A stretch of DNA of 62,059 bases from an uncultured Fidelibacterota bacterium (GTDB taxonomy: Bacteria > Fidelibacterota > Marinisomatia > Marinisomatales > UBA1611), in the NCBI GenBank assembly GCA_902602795.1, contig CACKSF010000002.1:1-62059 (forward strand), given 5' to 3'. The notes under the pieces were generated by a model. That model saw only the letters and a list, made by a program, of their open reading frames with translations. It did not search any database and had not been told where the DNA came from. The position numbers and the translations under genes are program-made. Numbering within the stretch: position 1 is the first letter of the stretch; every line of letters begins with the position of its first letter. Positions 1 to 9,840 of the stretch are shown here, piece after piece.

Positions 1-1072
1 AATCTTGTGCAACAGAAAGGTAGGGAAATTAGGAGGTATCTTTGACTTTGATAGTTGGTTAAAAGAACTAGAAAAGTTAAAACAAAAATCCGCAGATCCT
101 GAATTTTGGAATGATAATCAAATTGCTTCCAATACTCTAAAAAAAATTTCTAAAATTGAAAAAAAAATAGCATTGTGGGAAGACCTCGATCAACGATACA
201 ATGATATGAAAGTATTATTTGAATTTGCTGAGACTGGAGATGTCGAAATAGACGAGATCAAAATTGAATTAAAAGCATATAAGAAGATTATTGATGATAT
301 GGAAATTAAATTGATTTTGGGAAGTCCAGAAGATGAACAAAACGCTATCGTATCTATTCATCCTGGAGCAGGAGGCACAGAGAGCCAAGATTGGGCTCAA
401 ATGCTTTTCCGAATGTATAAAAGATGGATAGAAAAAGAAGATTTCCAATTAGAAATTATTGATTTTCAACCTGGTGATGAGGCTGGCGTTAAAGATGTCA
501 CCTTTGAAGTTAAAGGAGACTATGCTTTTGGTTTATTAAAGGCTGAAGCTGGCGTTCATAGGATGGTTAGATTATCTCCATTTGATACCAATAACCGACG
601 CCACACATCTTTTGCATCAGTATTTGTTTATCCTGCAGTAGATGATGATATAAATATAGAAATTAATTCTTCGGATTTACGTATTGATACGTATCGTGCA
701 AGTGGTGCGGGAGGACAACATGTAAACAAAACAGACTCTGCTGTAAGAATAACTCATATTCCATCAGGCATCGTAAGTCAATGTCAGAATGAAAGGTCAC
801 AACATAAAAATAAAAATCAGGCCATGAAAATTCTCAAGGCTAGATTATATCAAGTTGAACTAGAAAAAGAAAAAGAAAAAAACAAAAAATTTGAAGATGA
901 AAAAATGGAAATTGGTTGGGGAAGCCAAATTAGATCTTATGTCTTTCATCCATATCAATTGGTTAAAGATCATAGGACTAAAGAAGAAAATGGGAATACT
1001 CAAGGCGTCATAGATGGTAATATAAATGCATTTATTCGGTCTTATTTACTCAGTACAATTAGAAAAATATAA
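1..1072 (+). CDS. prfB: Peptide chain release factor 2, 5'-truncated by the window edge and requiring a programmed +1 frameshift
   Basis: Translation carries RF2 hallmarks: SPF motif (RLSPFD), GGQ motif (RASGAGGQHVNKT) and QCQNERSQHKNK. Frame 1 reads ...IRRYL then TGA at 43-45. The long ORF continues in the +1 frame from GAC at 44-46, matching the E. coli LRGYL*DYD arrangement. Confidence 0.95.
   Translation, partial: ILCNRKVGKLGGIFDFDSWLKELEKLKQKSADPEFWNDNQIASNTLKKISKIEKKIALWEDLDQRYNDMKVLFEFAETGDVEIDEIKIELKAYKKIIDDMEIKLILGSPEDEQNAIVSIHPGAGGTESQDWAQMLFRMYKRWIEKEDFQLEIIDFQPGDEAGVKDVTFEVKGDYAFGLLKAEAGVHRMVRLSPFDTNNRRHTSFASVFVYPAVDDDINIEINSSDLRIDTYRASGAGGQHVNKTDSAVRITHIPSGIVSQCQNERSQHKNKNQAMKILKARLYQVELEKEKEKNKKFEDEKMEIGWGSQIRSYVFHPYQLVKDHRTKEENGNTQGVIDGNINAFIRSYLLSTIRKI
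31..46 (+). promoter_or_regulatory. prfB programmed +1 ribosomal frameshift site (SD-like AGGAGG, 3-nt spacer, CTT TGA C)
   Basis: The sequence AGGAGGTATCTTTGAC at 31-46 differs from the canonical E. coli prfB recoding signal AGGGGGTATCTTTGAC at one base. Confidence 0.9.
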
Positions 1073-1092
1073 ATTAAATAATAGGTTTAATT

Positions 1093-2586
1093 ATGTCCGC
1101 AGAACAAAAAAGTCTAAAACAAATTATAAATTTTAGAAAAGAAAAACTTAATGATTTACGTAAAAAAGGAGTGAACCCTTACCCTTCTAATTTTACACCG
1201 ACACATTTCAGTGAATCAATTAAAATCAATTTTGAAAAATTGGAAGGCAAAGATGTTGTAGTAGCTGGAAGAATTATGGCTATTAGGAGTATGGGGAAGG
1301 CCTCTTTCTTTAGGATCATTGATAATGAAGGTGGATTACAAGCTTTTATTAAAAAAGATGATATAGGCGAATCTTCATATGCAAATTTTAAATTATTGGA
1401 TATCGGAGACTTCGCTGGATTGGTCGGCCAAATCTTTAAGACTAAAACAGGTGAAATCTCTGTTCGAACTTCTGAACTTACTATTTTAGCAAAAAGTATA
1501 CGTCCTCTTCCAATAGTAAAAGAAAAGGACGGAACTAAATATGATTCATTTTCTGATAAGGAGCTACGATATAGAAATAGACATTTAGATCTATTATTAA
1601 ATAAAGTAGTTAAAAATACCTTTATAAAAAGGACAAAAATAATTCAATTTATAAGAACTTTTTTAAATGAAAATAAATTTCTAGAGGTTGAGACTCCTAT
1701 CTTGCAGCCAATTTATGGTGGGGCGAATGCTAGGCCTTTTACAACACACCATAATTCTTTAAATCAAAAATTATATATGCGTATTGCAGATGAATTATAT
1801 TTAAAACGTTTAATCATTGGCGGTTTAGATAGAGTTTATGAGATCGGTAAAGATTTTCGTAATGAAGGAATGGACAGGAATCACAATCCAGAGTTTACAA
1901 TGCTTGAATTTTATTGCGCCTATGCAGATTATGAAGATTGTATGGATTTAGTTGAGGGCCTAATAAGAAATGTCGCTAAGAAAATTGATGCTTTAGAGAT
2001 TTCTTTCAATAATATTAAGATCAATTTAAGCAAACCATTTAAAAAGAAAAAGTTTTCAGAATTATTGTCAGATAGATTAGGAATAAATGTAAATGATATC
2101 TCAGATAATAAACTTAAGCAGATATGTAAAGAAAAACAAATTGAGGTTAAACCAGATGCAAATGTTGGACAAATGCTTGATGCTTTGATGGGTGAGTTGG
2201 TTGAGCCTACATTAACTGAGCCTACATTTGTTATAGATTATCCTAAGGTAATTTCTCCATTAGCTAAAATGCATAGAAGTGGAAATCCAAATTTAGTTGA
2301 AAGATTTGAATTATTTATTGGAGGGGACGAATTTGCAAATTCTTTTTCTGAATTAAACGATCCTATAGATCAAAGAAAACGACTAGAAGAACAATCTTCC
2401 TTCAAAAAATTAGGTGATGAAGAGGCACAAAATTTAGATGAGAGCTTCATTCAGGCGATGGAATGTGGAATGCCTCCTACTGGAGGCGTTGGGATTGGAA
2501 TAGATCGCCTTGTAATGCTTTTAACCGGAAGTACTTCCATAAAAGACGTTATATTATTTCCAGCTCTAAGATCAGAAGTTGACTGA
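1093..2586 (+). CDS. lysS: Lysine--tRNA ligase, class II
   Basis: 497 aa with an N-terminal OB anticodon-binding region and class II motifs (FRNEG, GGVGIGIDRLVMLLT). The prfB-lysS adjacency is a conserved arrangement. Confidence 0.95.
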   Translation: MSAEQKSLKQIINFRKEKLNDLRKKGVNPYPSNFTPTHFSESIKINFEKLEGKDVVVAGRIMAIRSMGKASFFRIIDNEGGLQAFIKKDDIGESSYANFKLLDIGDFAGLVGQIFKTKTGEISVRTSELTILAKSIRPLPIVKEKDGTKYDSFSDKELRYRNRHLDLLLNKVVKNTFIKRTKIIQFIRTFLNENKFLEVETPILQPIYGGANARPFTTHHNSLNQKLYMRIADELYLKRLIIGGLDRVYEIGKDFRNEGMDRNHNPEFTMLEFYCAYADYEDCMDLVEGLIRNVAKKIDALEISFNNIKINLSKPFKKKKFSELLSDRLGINVNDISDNKLKQICKEKQIEVKPDANVGQMLDALMGELVEPTLTEPTFVIDYPKVISPLAKMHRSGNPNLVERFELFIGGDEFANSFSELNDPIDQRKRLEEQSSFKKLGDEEAQNLDESFIQAMECGMPPTGGVGIGIDRLVMLLTGSTSIKDVILFPALRSEVD

Positions 2587-2591
2587 TTATT

Positions 2592-3749
2592 TTGTTGAAA
2601 ATTAGACTTGCAATTCGTTTTATTTTTAATCAAAAAAAAAGTAGTTATTCTAGTTATGCAAGTTGGTTGACAATTATTGGTATATCAATTGGTGTGACGG
2701 CTCTAATGTTGACTACAGGTATAATTGGTGGCTTTAAAGAGGTAGTCTCTGATAAACTATCAAAAATAGAAGGTCCGGGAAGGCTGAAACACTTTCTTAA
2801 TAAACCAATTTTTCTCGATGATGTTCTTCTAAAACCATTTCTAGAAAATTCAAGTTATAAAATTAATCCATATGTAAGAGGTGCATGTATGATTCGTAAG
2901 GGTAAAAATCTAGATGGAGTTATAATAGAAGGAATTAGTCAATACCCTAATTTGACTAATAGTAAGGCTTTAAATTATATAAAGAATAACCAAATAGTGT
3001 TAGGAGAAAGCTTAGCATCTAGTTTAAGAGCTAAAATAGGAGATAAGATATTTTTGCAGAGCTATTCAAAATCAGATTTATCTTTATCTTCATCAAAAAT
3101 TCACTCTTTTGAGGTTTCCAATATCTTTTACTCTGGACTGCAAGAATATGATAAGAATATTGCCTATATATCTCTAAAAAAAGCCCAATCATTATTTAGT
3201 TTCGATGTTAATGAGTTTACAGGCTTAATTATTGAGAATCATCAAAATTTATCGATTGATGTTCCTTATCCTTTTTATTTTGAAACTTGGAAAGAAAGGC
3301 ATGCACTATTATTTGAGTGGATGCTGATTCAGCAATGGCCAGCTTACATTATGTTTGGTTTGATTACTTTTGTTGGTCTAATTAACCTTTTTGCTGCAAT
3401 AACCATGATAATTATTGAAAAAAATGGACCCATCACTATTTTATTATCGCAGGGTATGGATATTGTCAGTCTAAGAAGCGTCTTTATGTTACAAGGTGGG
3501 ATTATAGGAATTTTAGGGGCTTTAATAGGGGGAATGATGTCAATTGTATTGATTAGCATTCAAGTAAAGTTTAGTTTATTTAAAATTCCATCTGAAATAT
3601 ATTTCATGGATGAAATACCATTTTCTTTTGAAGTAGGTCAATATTTGATCATTCTTATTTTGGTTAGCATTTTATCAATTATAGCATCGTGGTTGCCTAC
3701 CAGATCCTTTAAAAATTTAAGTCTTGCTCAAATTTTACGTTACGAATGA
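2592..3749 (+). CDS. LolC/LolE-family lipoprotein-releasing ABC permease (FtsX-like)
   Basis: 385 aa. N-terminus has the pattern L-IA-RF...SS-SWLTIIGISIGVTALMLT..GF, followed by a large periplasmic loop and a C-terminal FtsX 3-TM bundle. The start is TTG, 5 nt after the lysS stop. Confidence 0.8.
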   Translation: MLKIRLAIRFIFNQKKSSYSSYASWLTIIGISIGVTALMLTTGIIGGFKEVVSDKLSKIEGPGRLKHFLNKPIFLDDVLLKPFLENSSYKINPYVRGACMIRKGKNLDGVIIEGISQYPNLTNSKALNYIKNNQIVLGESLASSLRAKIGDKIFLQSYSKSDLSLSSSKIHSFEVSNIFYSGLQEYDKNIAYISLKKAQSLFSFDVNEFTGLIIENHQNLSIDVPYPFYFETWKERHALLFEWMLIQQWPAYIMFGLITFVGLINLFAAITMIIIEKNGPITILLSQGMDIVSLRSVFMLQGGIIGILGALIGGMMSIVLISIQVKFSLFKIPSEIYFMDEIPFSFEVGQYLIILILVSILSIIASWLPTRSFKNLSLAQILRYE

Positions 3750-3928
3750 ACTGGAAAAAGGTAATAATAAATAGATTTTATCATTCTTCAAATAAATTAG
3801 GATTTGATACCAGTATTTTTTCAAAGATTGGGATGGGAGTAGGCTGTTTCGCAATGATAATTGCTTTATCGGTTATGAATGGGTTTGAAAGTATAGTACA
3901 TGATAGGTTAAGGGGAGAGTTTAAATAA
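3746..3928 (+). pseudogene. Truncated remnant (first ~57 residues) of a second LolC/E-type permease
   Basis: The 60-aa ORF overlaps the upstream stop (ATGA) and reproduces only the N-terminal TM1 and the start of the periplasmic domain (FSKIGMGVGCFAMIIALSVMNGFESIVHDRL). It ends 11 nt before the convergent cdaA stop. Confidence 0.55.
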
Positions 3929-3939
3929 GAAATAAAATT

Positions 3940-4716
3940 TTAGTCGCCTGAAGAGATAAAAAGTCTGTCATTAAGATATCTTCTTAATTCCATCTCATCT
4001 ATGTCTAAAGAAGTGAAACGTCCATTCTCTGCTATAGAGATTGAACCTCTTTCTTCAGATATTACCACGACTAAAGCATCCGATTCTTCTGTGATCCCAA
4101 GAGCAGCACGGTGCCTAGTACCCATTTCTGATGATACCATCTGGCTCTCAGTTAATGGCAAAATACATCCAGCAGCCTCAATTAATGTGTTCTGTAAAAT
4201 TACAGCTCCATCATGCATCGAAGAATTTGGATTAAAGATTGATAATATTAAAGGCGTAGAAACTTCAGCTTTTAATTGAATTCCAGCTTCTTTATATGAG
4301 CGCAATCCAGTCTCTCTTTGGATAACTATAAGCGCTCCCCATCTTTTTTCAGACATATTTAAGGATGCTTCAACGATAGATTCTAGTGAACGCGATGTTC
4401 CCATTCTAAAAATTGTCTGAAAAAATCTAGTCTGTCCTACATATATTAATAATCGACGAATTTCAGGCTGAAATAAAATAACAAATGCAACAACCCATAC
4501 AGTCTGAAATTGATTTAATAACCATGACATTGCTACCAAATCTAAAGAATTAAAAATAAAAGAACCGATAAGTAGTATAATAAGGCCAATTAACATTTGA
4601 CCCGCTCTAGTTTCCTTAAAATATTGATACACTTTAAAAAAGATCCATGTAACTAGAATAATATCTATTATGTCAATTAATGTAATAGTTAAAAATCCAA
4701 CTTTAAACGTAGGCAT
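3940..4716 (-). CDS. cdaA: Diadenylate cyclase CdaA (c-di-AMP synthase)
   Basis: 258 aa with three N-terminal TM helices and a DisA_N/DAC domain (MHDGAVIL, GTRHRAALGITEESDALVVVISEERGSIS). Confidence 0.9.
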   Translation of the reverse strand: MPTFKVGFLTITLIDIIDIILVTWIFFKVYQYFKETRAGQMLIGLIILLIGSFIFNSLDLVAMSWLLNQFQTVWVVAFVILFQPEIRRLLIYVGQTRFFQTIFRMGTSRSLESIVEASLNMSEKRWGALIVIQRETGLRSYKEAGIQLKAEVSTPLILSIFNPNSSMHDGAVILQNTLIEAAGCILPLTESQMVSSEMGTRHRAALGITEESDALVVVISEERGSISIAENGRFTSLDIDEMELRRYLNDRLFISSGD

Positions 4717-5567
4717 TACGCTATCCTAATTAAGTCGATGATTTTTGCAACTTTTTTTGTTTGTTTTACGTCGTGAACTCGTACTATTCGTGCTCCTCTT
4801 AATATTCCTGCTGCTACTGCAGCAAGGGTACCTTCTAATCTAGATTCTGGCTCTTCATTTAATGCAATTCCAATAAAAGATTTTCGACTTGGACCAATTA
4901 AAACTGGTAATTCAAAATCACAAAATTGTTTTAATTGATTAATTAATTTAAAATTATCTTCATAAGATTTTCCAAAGCCTATACCTGGATCTAATATAAT
5001 ACGGTTTTTTTTAATCCCAAATTGAGTTGCAAACCTTATTCTTTCTTCGAAAAATGATTTTATGTCCTCAATTAAATTATTGTACTTAGGCGCATATTGC
5101 ATAGTTTCAGGTTTCCCCTGCATATGCATAATTACCAGTGGGACATCATACCTTGATGCGACTTTAACCATATTTTTATCCAAAGAAAGACCACTAATAT
5201 CATTTACAATATTTGCACCAGAAAGAATTGCTTCCTCTGCAACTTTAGATTTTGTAGTGTCGATAGATATAATCGTCTTTGGAAAGTTAGAATGAATTTT
5301 AGAAATTAAAGGTATTGTTCTCTCTAATTCTTTTTCAAGGGTTATAGGCTGGGATCCAGGCCTTGAGGATTCACCGCCTATATCAATAATATCAGCACCA
5401 TCTTCAATTAACTGTTTGGAATGCTCATAAGCAGATTTTAAGGTAAAAAATTTGCCTCCATCACTGAAGGAATCAGGGGTAACATTAACAATCCCCATGA
5501 TCAAAGTTTTTGAACCTTGACTATTAACCAATTTATTAAAGTTTTTAAAAGCGGTATTGTGGTTCAA
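4716..5567 (-). CDS. folP: Dihydropteroate synthase
   Basis: 283 aa pterin-binding TIM barrel (GIVNVTPDSFSDGG, DIGGESSRPG, ILDPGIGFGK). Confidence 0.93.
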   Translation of the reverse strand: MNHNTAFKNFNKLVNSQGSKTLIMGIVNVTPDSFSDGGKFFTLKSAYEHSKQLIEDGADIIDIGGESSRPGSQPITLEKELERTIPLISKIHSNFPKTIISIDTTKSKVAEEAILSGANIVNDISGLSLDKNMVKVASRYDVPLVIMHMQGKPETMQYAPKYNNLIEDIKSFFEERIRFATQFGIKKNRIILDPGIGFGKSYEDNFKLINQLKQFCDFELPVLIGPSRKSFIGIALNEEPESRLEGTLAAVAAGILRGARIVRVHDVKQTKKVAKIIDLIRIA

Positions 5568-5583
5568 GTTATATTATCAATTA

Positions 5584-7692
5584 TTACTTTGTCTCTACCT
5601 TTTTTGACCTTTCACTGTCCTCATTCTTTACCGGTTGTTTATTCTGATCACTATTTTTTTTGCTAAAGTTATCTATTTTACTACTGTTTTTAGTTCTGTA
5701 CCTTCTCTGTCTTTTTCTAGTTTTCGAATTATTCGTGTTACCATTTAAAGGCCTTGTAAGTTTCTCTCCCTTTAGAATTTTTTCTAAATCTTTTGAATCT
5801 AATGTCTCGTATTTTAACAATTCTTTAGAAAGATGATGTAAAACATCAATATCTTTTCTTAAAATTTCATCTGCTAAGCGTTGAGAATCTCTCACTATTC
5901 GAGAAATTTCTTCATCTATCATTCTTGCTGTTACTTCACTGTAGTCTCTACTTGATTGTATTTCACGGCCTAAAAAAACCTCTTCATTTTTCTTTCCAAA
6001 TGTCATTGGACCGAGTAAGTCACTCATTCCCCATTCTGTAACCATTTTTCTTGCTATTTGCGTAGCTTGCTCTATATCGTTTCCAGCTCCTGTAGTCATC
6101 TCATTAAAAATAAGGATTTCTGCACTTCTTCCACCCATTAAAATGGCAAGACGCCCCTCCACAAAATTCCTAGTATATCCATGCTTTTCATCCATTGGCA
6201 ATTGCATGGTAACCCCAAGAGCCCGACCACGAGGTATAATTGTAATTTTATGAACAGGATCAGCTCCTTTTGTTCTTATTGCAACCAAGGCATGTCCTGC
6301 TTCGTGATAAGCTGTTACTTCTTTTTCTTCTTTAGAAAGAATCATACTTTTTCTTTGAATACCCATCATTACTTTATCTTTTGCTTCTTCAAAGTCGTTC
6401 ATATCAATAGATCTTTTTCTTTTCCTAGCAGCTAAAAGTGCAGCTTCATTTACAATATTAGCTATATCTGCACCTACCATACCTGGTGTTCCTTTAGCGA
6501 TATCTTCAAGCTTGACTTTGGCTCTATTCACAACAACTTTTTTAGTATGCACTTTGAGGATACCCAACCTACCTTTAATATCCGGAACGTCTACTACTAT
6601 TTGCCTGTCAAACCTACCTGGCCTCAACAACGCTGGATCCAATACGTCAGGTCTATTTGTGGCTGCAACAACAATAACATTTTGCGAATTGTCAAAACCA
6701 TCCATTTCTACTAGGAGCGCATTCAAGGTTTGTTCTCTTTCATCATGCCCACCTCCAATACCTGCACCTCTTTGACGACCAACAGCATCCATTTCATCAA
6801 TAAAAATAATACAAGGTGAACTCTTTTTTGCCTGCTCAAAAAGATCTCTAACTCTTGAGGCTCCAACTCCAACAAACATCTCAACAAAATCAGCTCCACT
6901 CAAGCTATAAAAAGGCACCGCGGCTTCGCCAGCTACTGCTCGGGCAAGTAAGGTTTTTCCAGTTCCAGGGGGACCTACTAAAAGTGCTCCTTTGGGAACG
7001 GTAGCACCCAACTTTTGGAATCTTTTTGGACTTTTCAAAAAGTCAATTACTTCCTTCAACTCTTCTTTTGCTTCTTCGCATCCAGCAACATCTTTAAAAG
7101 TTACTCTGGGTTGATCAGAAGTCCATAAAGCAGCCCGACTCTTTCCAAATTTAAAAATGCCTCCAACACCTCCAGATCCACCTTGCATTCTTCTTATCAT
7201 AAAAAACCAAAATCCGATTAGTAATATCCATGGTAACATATTAAGTAAATAGCCTGTCCAATCAATTGTCTTTTCTTTAAAAGTATATTGGATATTAGCT
7301 TCATCCCACTCTTCTGTAATAGCTCTATCAATGAAAGGTAGAGTCAATTTAAAATGCGAAACCCCATCTATCTTATTTCCATATTGAGAATCTAACATCT
7401 TGGGAACTTTGAATTCACCATGGAAAACATCTCCCATTATCACACCTTTAGCAATATCTCCATTTTCTAAATATTTTTTATATTCTGTGTATTCAATCTC
7501 TAGTTCCTGTTTGCCTACATCAGTTAATAATCCCGAAACATAAACTGCACCCAAAATAATGGCCATCCATATAAAACTAGTTTTTCCGGCTCTTTTCCAG
7601 TTAAAATTATCAGGCTCAAAATTATTTCCATGTTTGCTACGTTTTTTATTTTGACTTTTATTTAGATTGTTTTTATTCAACTTGTCATTCAT
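5584..7692 (-). CDS. ftsH: ATP-dependent zinc metalloprotease FtsH
   Basis: 702 aa with Walker A (GPPGTGKT), Walker B (IIFIDEMD), SRH and the HEAGH zinc motif. It has unusually long basic N- and C-terminal tails. GGAG lies 7 nt upstream of the ATG. Confidence 0.97.
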   Translation of the reverse strand: MNDKLNKNNLNKSQNKKRSKHGNNFEPDNFNWKRAGKTSFIWMAIILGAVYVSGLLTDVGKQELEIEYTEYKKYLENGDIAKGVIMGDVFHGEFKVPKMLDSQYGNKIDGVSHFKLTLPFIDRAITEEWDEANIQYTFKEKTIDWTGYLLNMLPWILLIGFWFFMIRRMQGGSGGVGGIFKFGKSRAALWTSDQPRVTFKDVAGCEEAKEELKEVIDFLKSPKRFQKLGATVPKGALLVGPPGTGKTLLARAVAGEAAVPFYSLSGADFVEMFVGVGASRVRDLFEQAKKSSPCIIFIDEMDAVGRQRGAGIGGGHDEREQTLNALLVEMDGFDNSQNVIVVAATNRPDVLDPALLRPGRFDRQIVVDVPDIKGRLGILKVHTKKVVVNRAKVKLEDIAKGTPGMVGADIANIVNEAALLAARKRKRSIDMNDFEEAKDKVMMGIQRKSMILSKEEKEVTAYHEAGHALVAIRTKGADPVHKITIIPRGRALGVTMQLPMDEKHGYTRNFVEGRLAILMGGRSAEILIFNEMTTGAGNDIEQATQIARKMVTEWGMSDLLGPMTFGKKNEEVFLGREIQSSRDYSEVTARMIDEEISRIVRDSQRLADEILRKDIDVLHHLSKELLKYETLDSKDLEKILKGEKLTRPLNGNTNNSKTRKRQRRYRTKNSSKIDNFSKKNSDQNKQPVKNEDSERSKKVETK

Positions 7693-7741
7693 GACTGTCT
7701 CCGAACCTTAAATTTTAATGTGAAACACAAGAGTTACAATT

Positions 7742-7750
7742 ATTATACCA
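7742..7750 (-). promoter_or_regulatory. Candidate extended -10 promoter element (TGGTATAAT) upstream of ftsH
   Basis: The minus strand reads TGGTATAAT about 50 nt upstream of the ftsH ATG, in the only sizeable spacer (190 nt) of the long minus-strand run. No convincing -35 was found. Confidence 0.25.
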
Positions 7751-7882
7751 AAAATTATACTAGTAAATTTTGGCAGATAAACAGTAAACGAGACTGACAA
7801 AACACAAACACTTAAATTCTATTGTAAACTCTTTAAAAACATTAAAAAGTTATTAGGATACCGAAAGTTTGTAATATAATAA

Positions 7883-8404
7883 TTATTCCAGAACGTAAAT
7901 ACTATCTAAATGCCTAAATCTTTCATTATAATCTAAGCCATATCCTACAACAAATTCCTGAGAAATTTCAAACCCAATATGATCAATTGTAAATTCAAAA
8001 GGCCTGTATGTATCTTTAACCAATAGGGTGACTATTTTTATTGATTTTGTAGGAATTTTCTCCATCTTATTTAGGAGATACTTTAGAGTATTTCCTGTTT
8101 CAATTATGTCTTCCACTATAACAATGTGTCTGTTTTTTAAATTAATATTTAAATCCTTAATTATATCTACACTTCCTCTTGATTCTTTACCATCATAGCT
8201 TTTCAATTCAAGAAAAGATATTTCACATTCAATAGACAATGCTCTGATCAAATCAGATAAGAAGATAAAGCTTCCATTTAACACTCCAATAAAAATAGGA
8301 TTTTCCTGTTTATATTCATCTGATAATTCGCGGCCCAATTGTTCTACTTTTGCTTTAATTTGTTTTGATGAAATTTTGATTTTCAATGTATTTAAATTAT
8401 TCAT
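7883..8404 (-). CDS. hpt: Hypoxanthine phosphoribosyltransferase
   Basis: 173 aa with a PRPP-binding loop (VIVEDIIETGNTL). It sits in the conserved tilS-hpt-ftsH synteny. Confidence 0.92.
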   Translation of the reverse strand: MNNLNTLKIKISSKQIKAKVEQLGRELSDEYKQENPIFIGVLNGSFIFLSDLIRALSIECEISFLELKSYDGKESRGSVDIIKDLNINLKNRHIVIVEDIIETGNTLKYLLNKMEKIPTKSIKIVTLLVKDTYRPFEFTIDHIGFEISQEFVVGYGLDYNERFRHLDSIYVLE

Positions 8405-9780
8405 CGTCTTTTAGCAGGTGTAAATGTTAGTAAAGCTTTTTCTTTTGTATGCTGAGTAATCTTAGCCCATTCAGATATTCTAATGCCGCATACCCAGGCA
8501 ATATCTCCATCAACAGTTAGAACACTTTGAGTTTTTTTTGAAATTCTATCTACTTTTTCATTAATTAGGAAGTCACTGATTTTCTTTTTGTTTTTCATTC
8601 CCAATGGTTGAAAAACATCTCCCTCAGTCCACATTCTTATTTGGAGCCTTTTATTTTTGAATTTAGACCAATCAACTAATTCTTGGTTATTAGTATTTGA
8701 GAAACTAGCTTTTGGCTCATTAATAGATATATGATAAATCATATTACAAAAAAGAACTGATTTGTTTGGTCTTATATAAGTTGCATAAGTTGATTCCGTC
8801 CTTATATTTTTCTTTGCAATTATTAATCCCCTATCATGCAAAAGCAACCATTGATTTATAAGACTAAAAGTTTTTCCAACAGAAAATGTATTCAGAAATT
8901 GTTCCAACATTTTTAAATCATGTTTAGACCACAGTTTCTTTTCTTGAGCAAATAATAATTGAATCAATCTCATTTTTCCAAGATTCGGCAAATCATTTAT
9001 TAAATCTAATGGAATATCGATTCGCTCATTCGAAATATTTAGTTTGCTGATAATAAATTTTATTAGAACATGATCTAATGATTGCTTCCATTCATTGAAA
9101 AATTGTGTAGACTTATAAATACCTTTTATTAAAGAAGGTACTTTTAAAACCCATGGCTTGATCACTTTTTTTCGTATGAAATTTCTAGGAATTGATAAAT
9201 CGTAATTTGTAGAGTCATTTTTAAAAGAAAGACCAACTCTTTCAACAAAATCACACAAAGCTTTTTTATCAAAAGAAAGAAATGGTCTAATTATTTTCCC
9301 ATTTTTTTGGGGTATCCCTGATAGCCCGGTGACACCTGCTTGCCGGGATAAGTTCATTAAAACAGTTTCTGCATTATCATTGCAATGATGACCTGTCATT
9401 ATCCAATCGCTATTTGTTTTTTTGCAGAGATTTCTAAGATATTCATATCTTTTTTCCCTTGCCCATTCCTCGGGGCTATCTTTTTTATTTTTAGAATTAG
9501 GATTAAGTGTTTTAGAAAAAAATTGGATTTTGAGATCCATGCACAAACTTTTAACAAACATCTTATCTTTAATACTATCTTCCCTAATTGCATGGTCAAC
9601 ATGAGCAACTATAACTTTATATTTATTAATTGAATGTAAAAGAAACAAAAGAGCAGTTGAGTCTAGTCCTCCTGATGCAGATACAATGATTTTATCATTT
9701 TTTTTCAAGTAACTAAGAGAAAAAAGTGCTTTTTTGAACAACTTTGTAAAAGGATCTTCTAAAATTGTTTTTTTATACAA
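8401..9780 (-). CDS. tilS: tRNA(Ile)-lysidine synthase
   Basis: 459 aa with a PP-loop (SGGLDSTALL) and a TilS C-terminal domain. The only upstream start candidate is TTG. Confidence 0.9.
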   Translation of the reverse strand: MYKKTILEDPFTKLFKKALFSLSYLKKNDKIIVSASGGLDSTALLFLLHSINKYKVIVAHVDHAIREDSIKDKMFVKSLCMDLKIQFFSKTLNPNSKNKKDSPEEWAREKRYEYLRNLCKKTNSDWIMTGHHCNDNAETVLMNLSRQAGVTGLSGIPQKNGKIIRPFLSFDKKALCDFVERVGLSFKNDSTNYDLSIPRNFIRKKVIKPWVLKVPSLIKGIYKSTQFFNEWKQSLDHVLIKFIISKLNISNERIDIPLDLINDLPNLGKMRLIQLLFAQEKKLWSKHDLKMLEQFLNTFSVGKTFSLINQWLLLHDRGLIIAKKNIRTESTYATYIRPNKSVLFCNMIYHISINEPKASFSNTNNQELVDWSKFKNKRLQIRMWTEGDVFQPLGMKNKKKISDFLINEKVDRISKKTQSVLTVDGDIAWVCGIRISEWAKITQHTKEKALLTFTPAKRR

Positions 9781-9840
9781 ATACGTTCCTTATTAGCTAA
9801 TTATTGGAATGCATTAACTCTAAAAAATAAATTATTAAAC

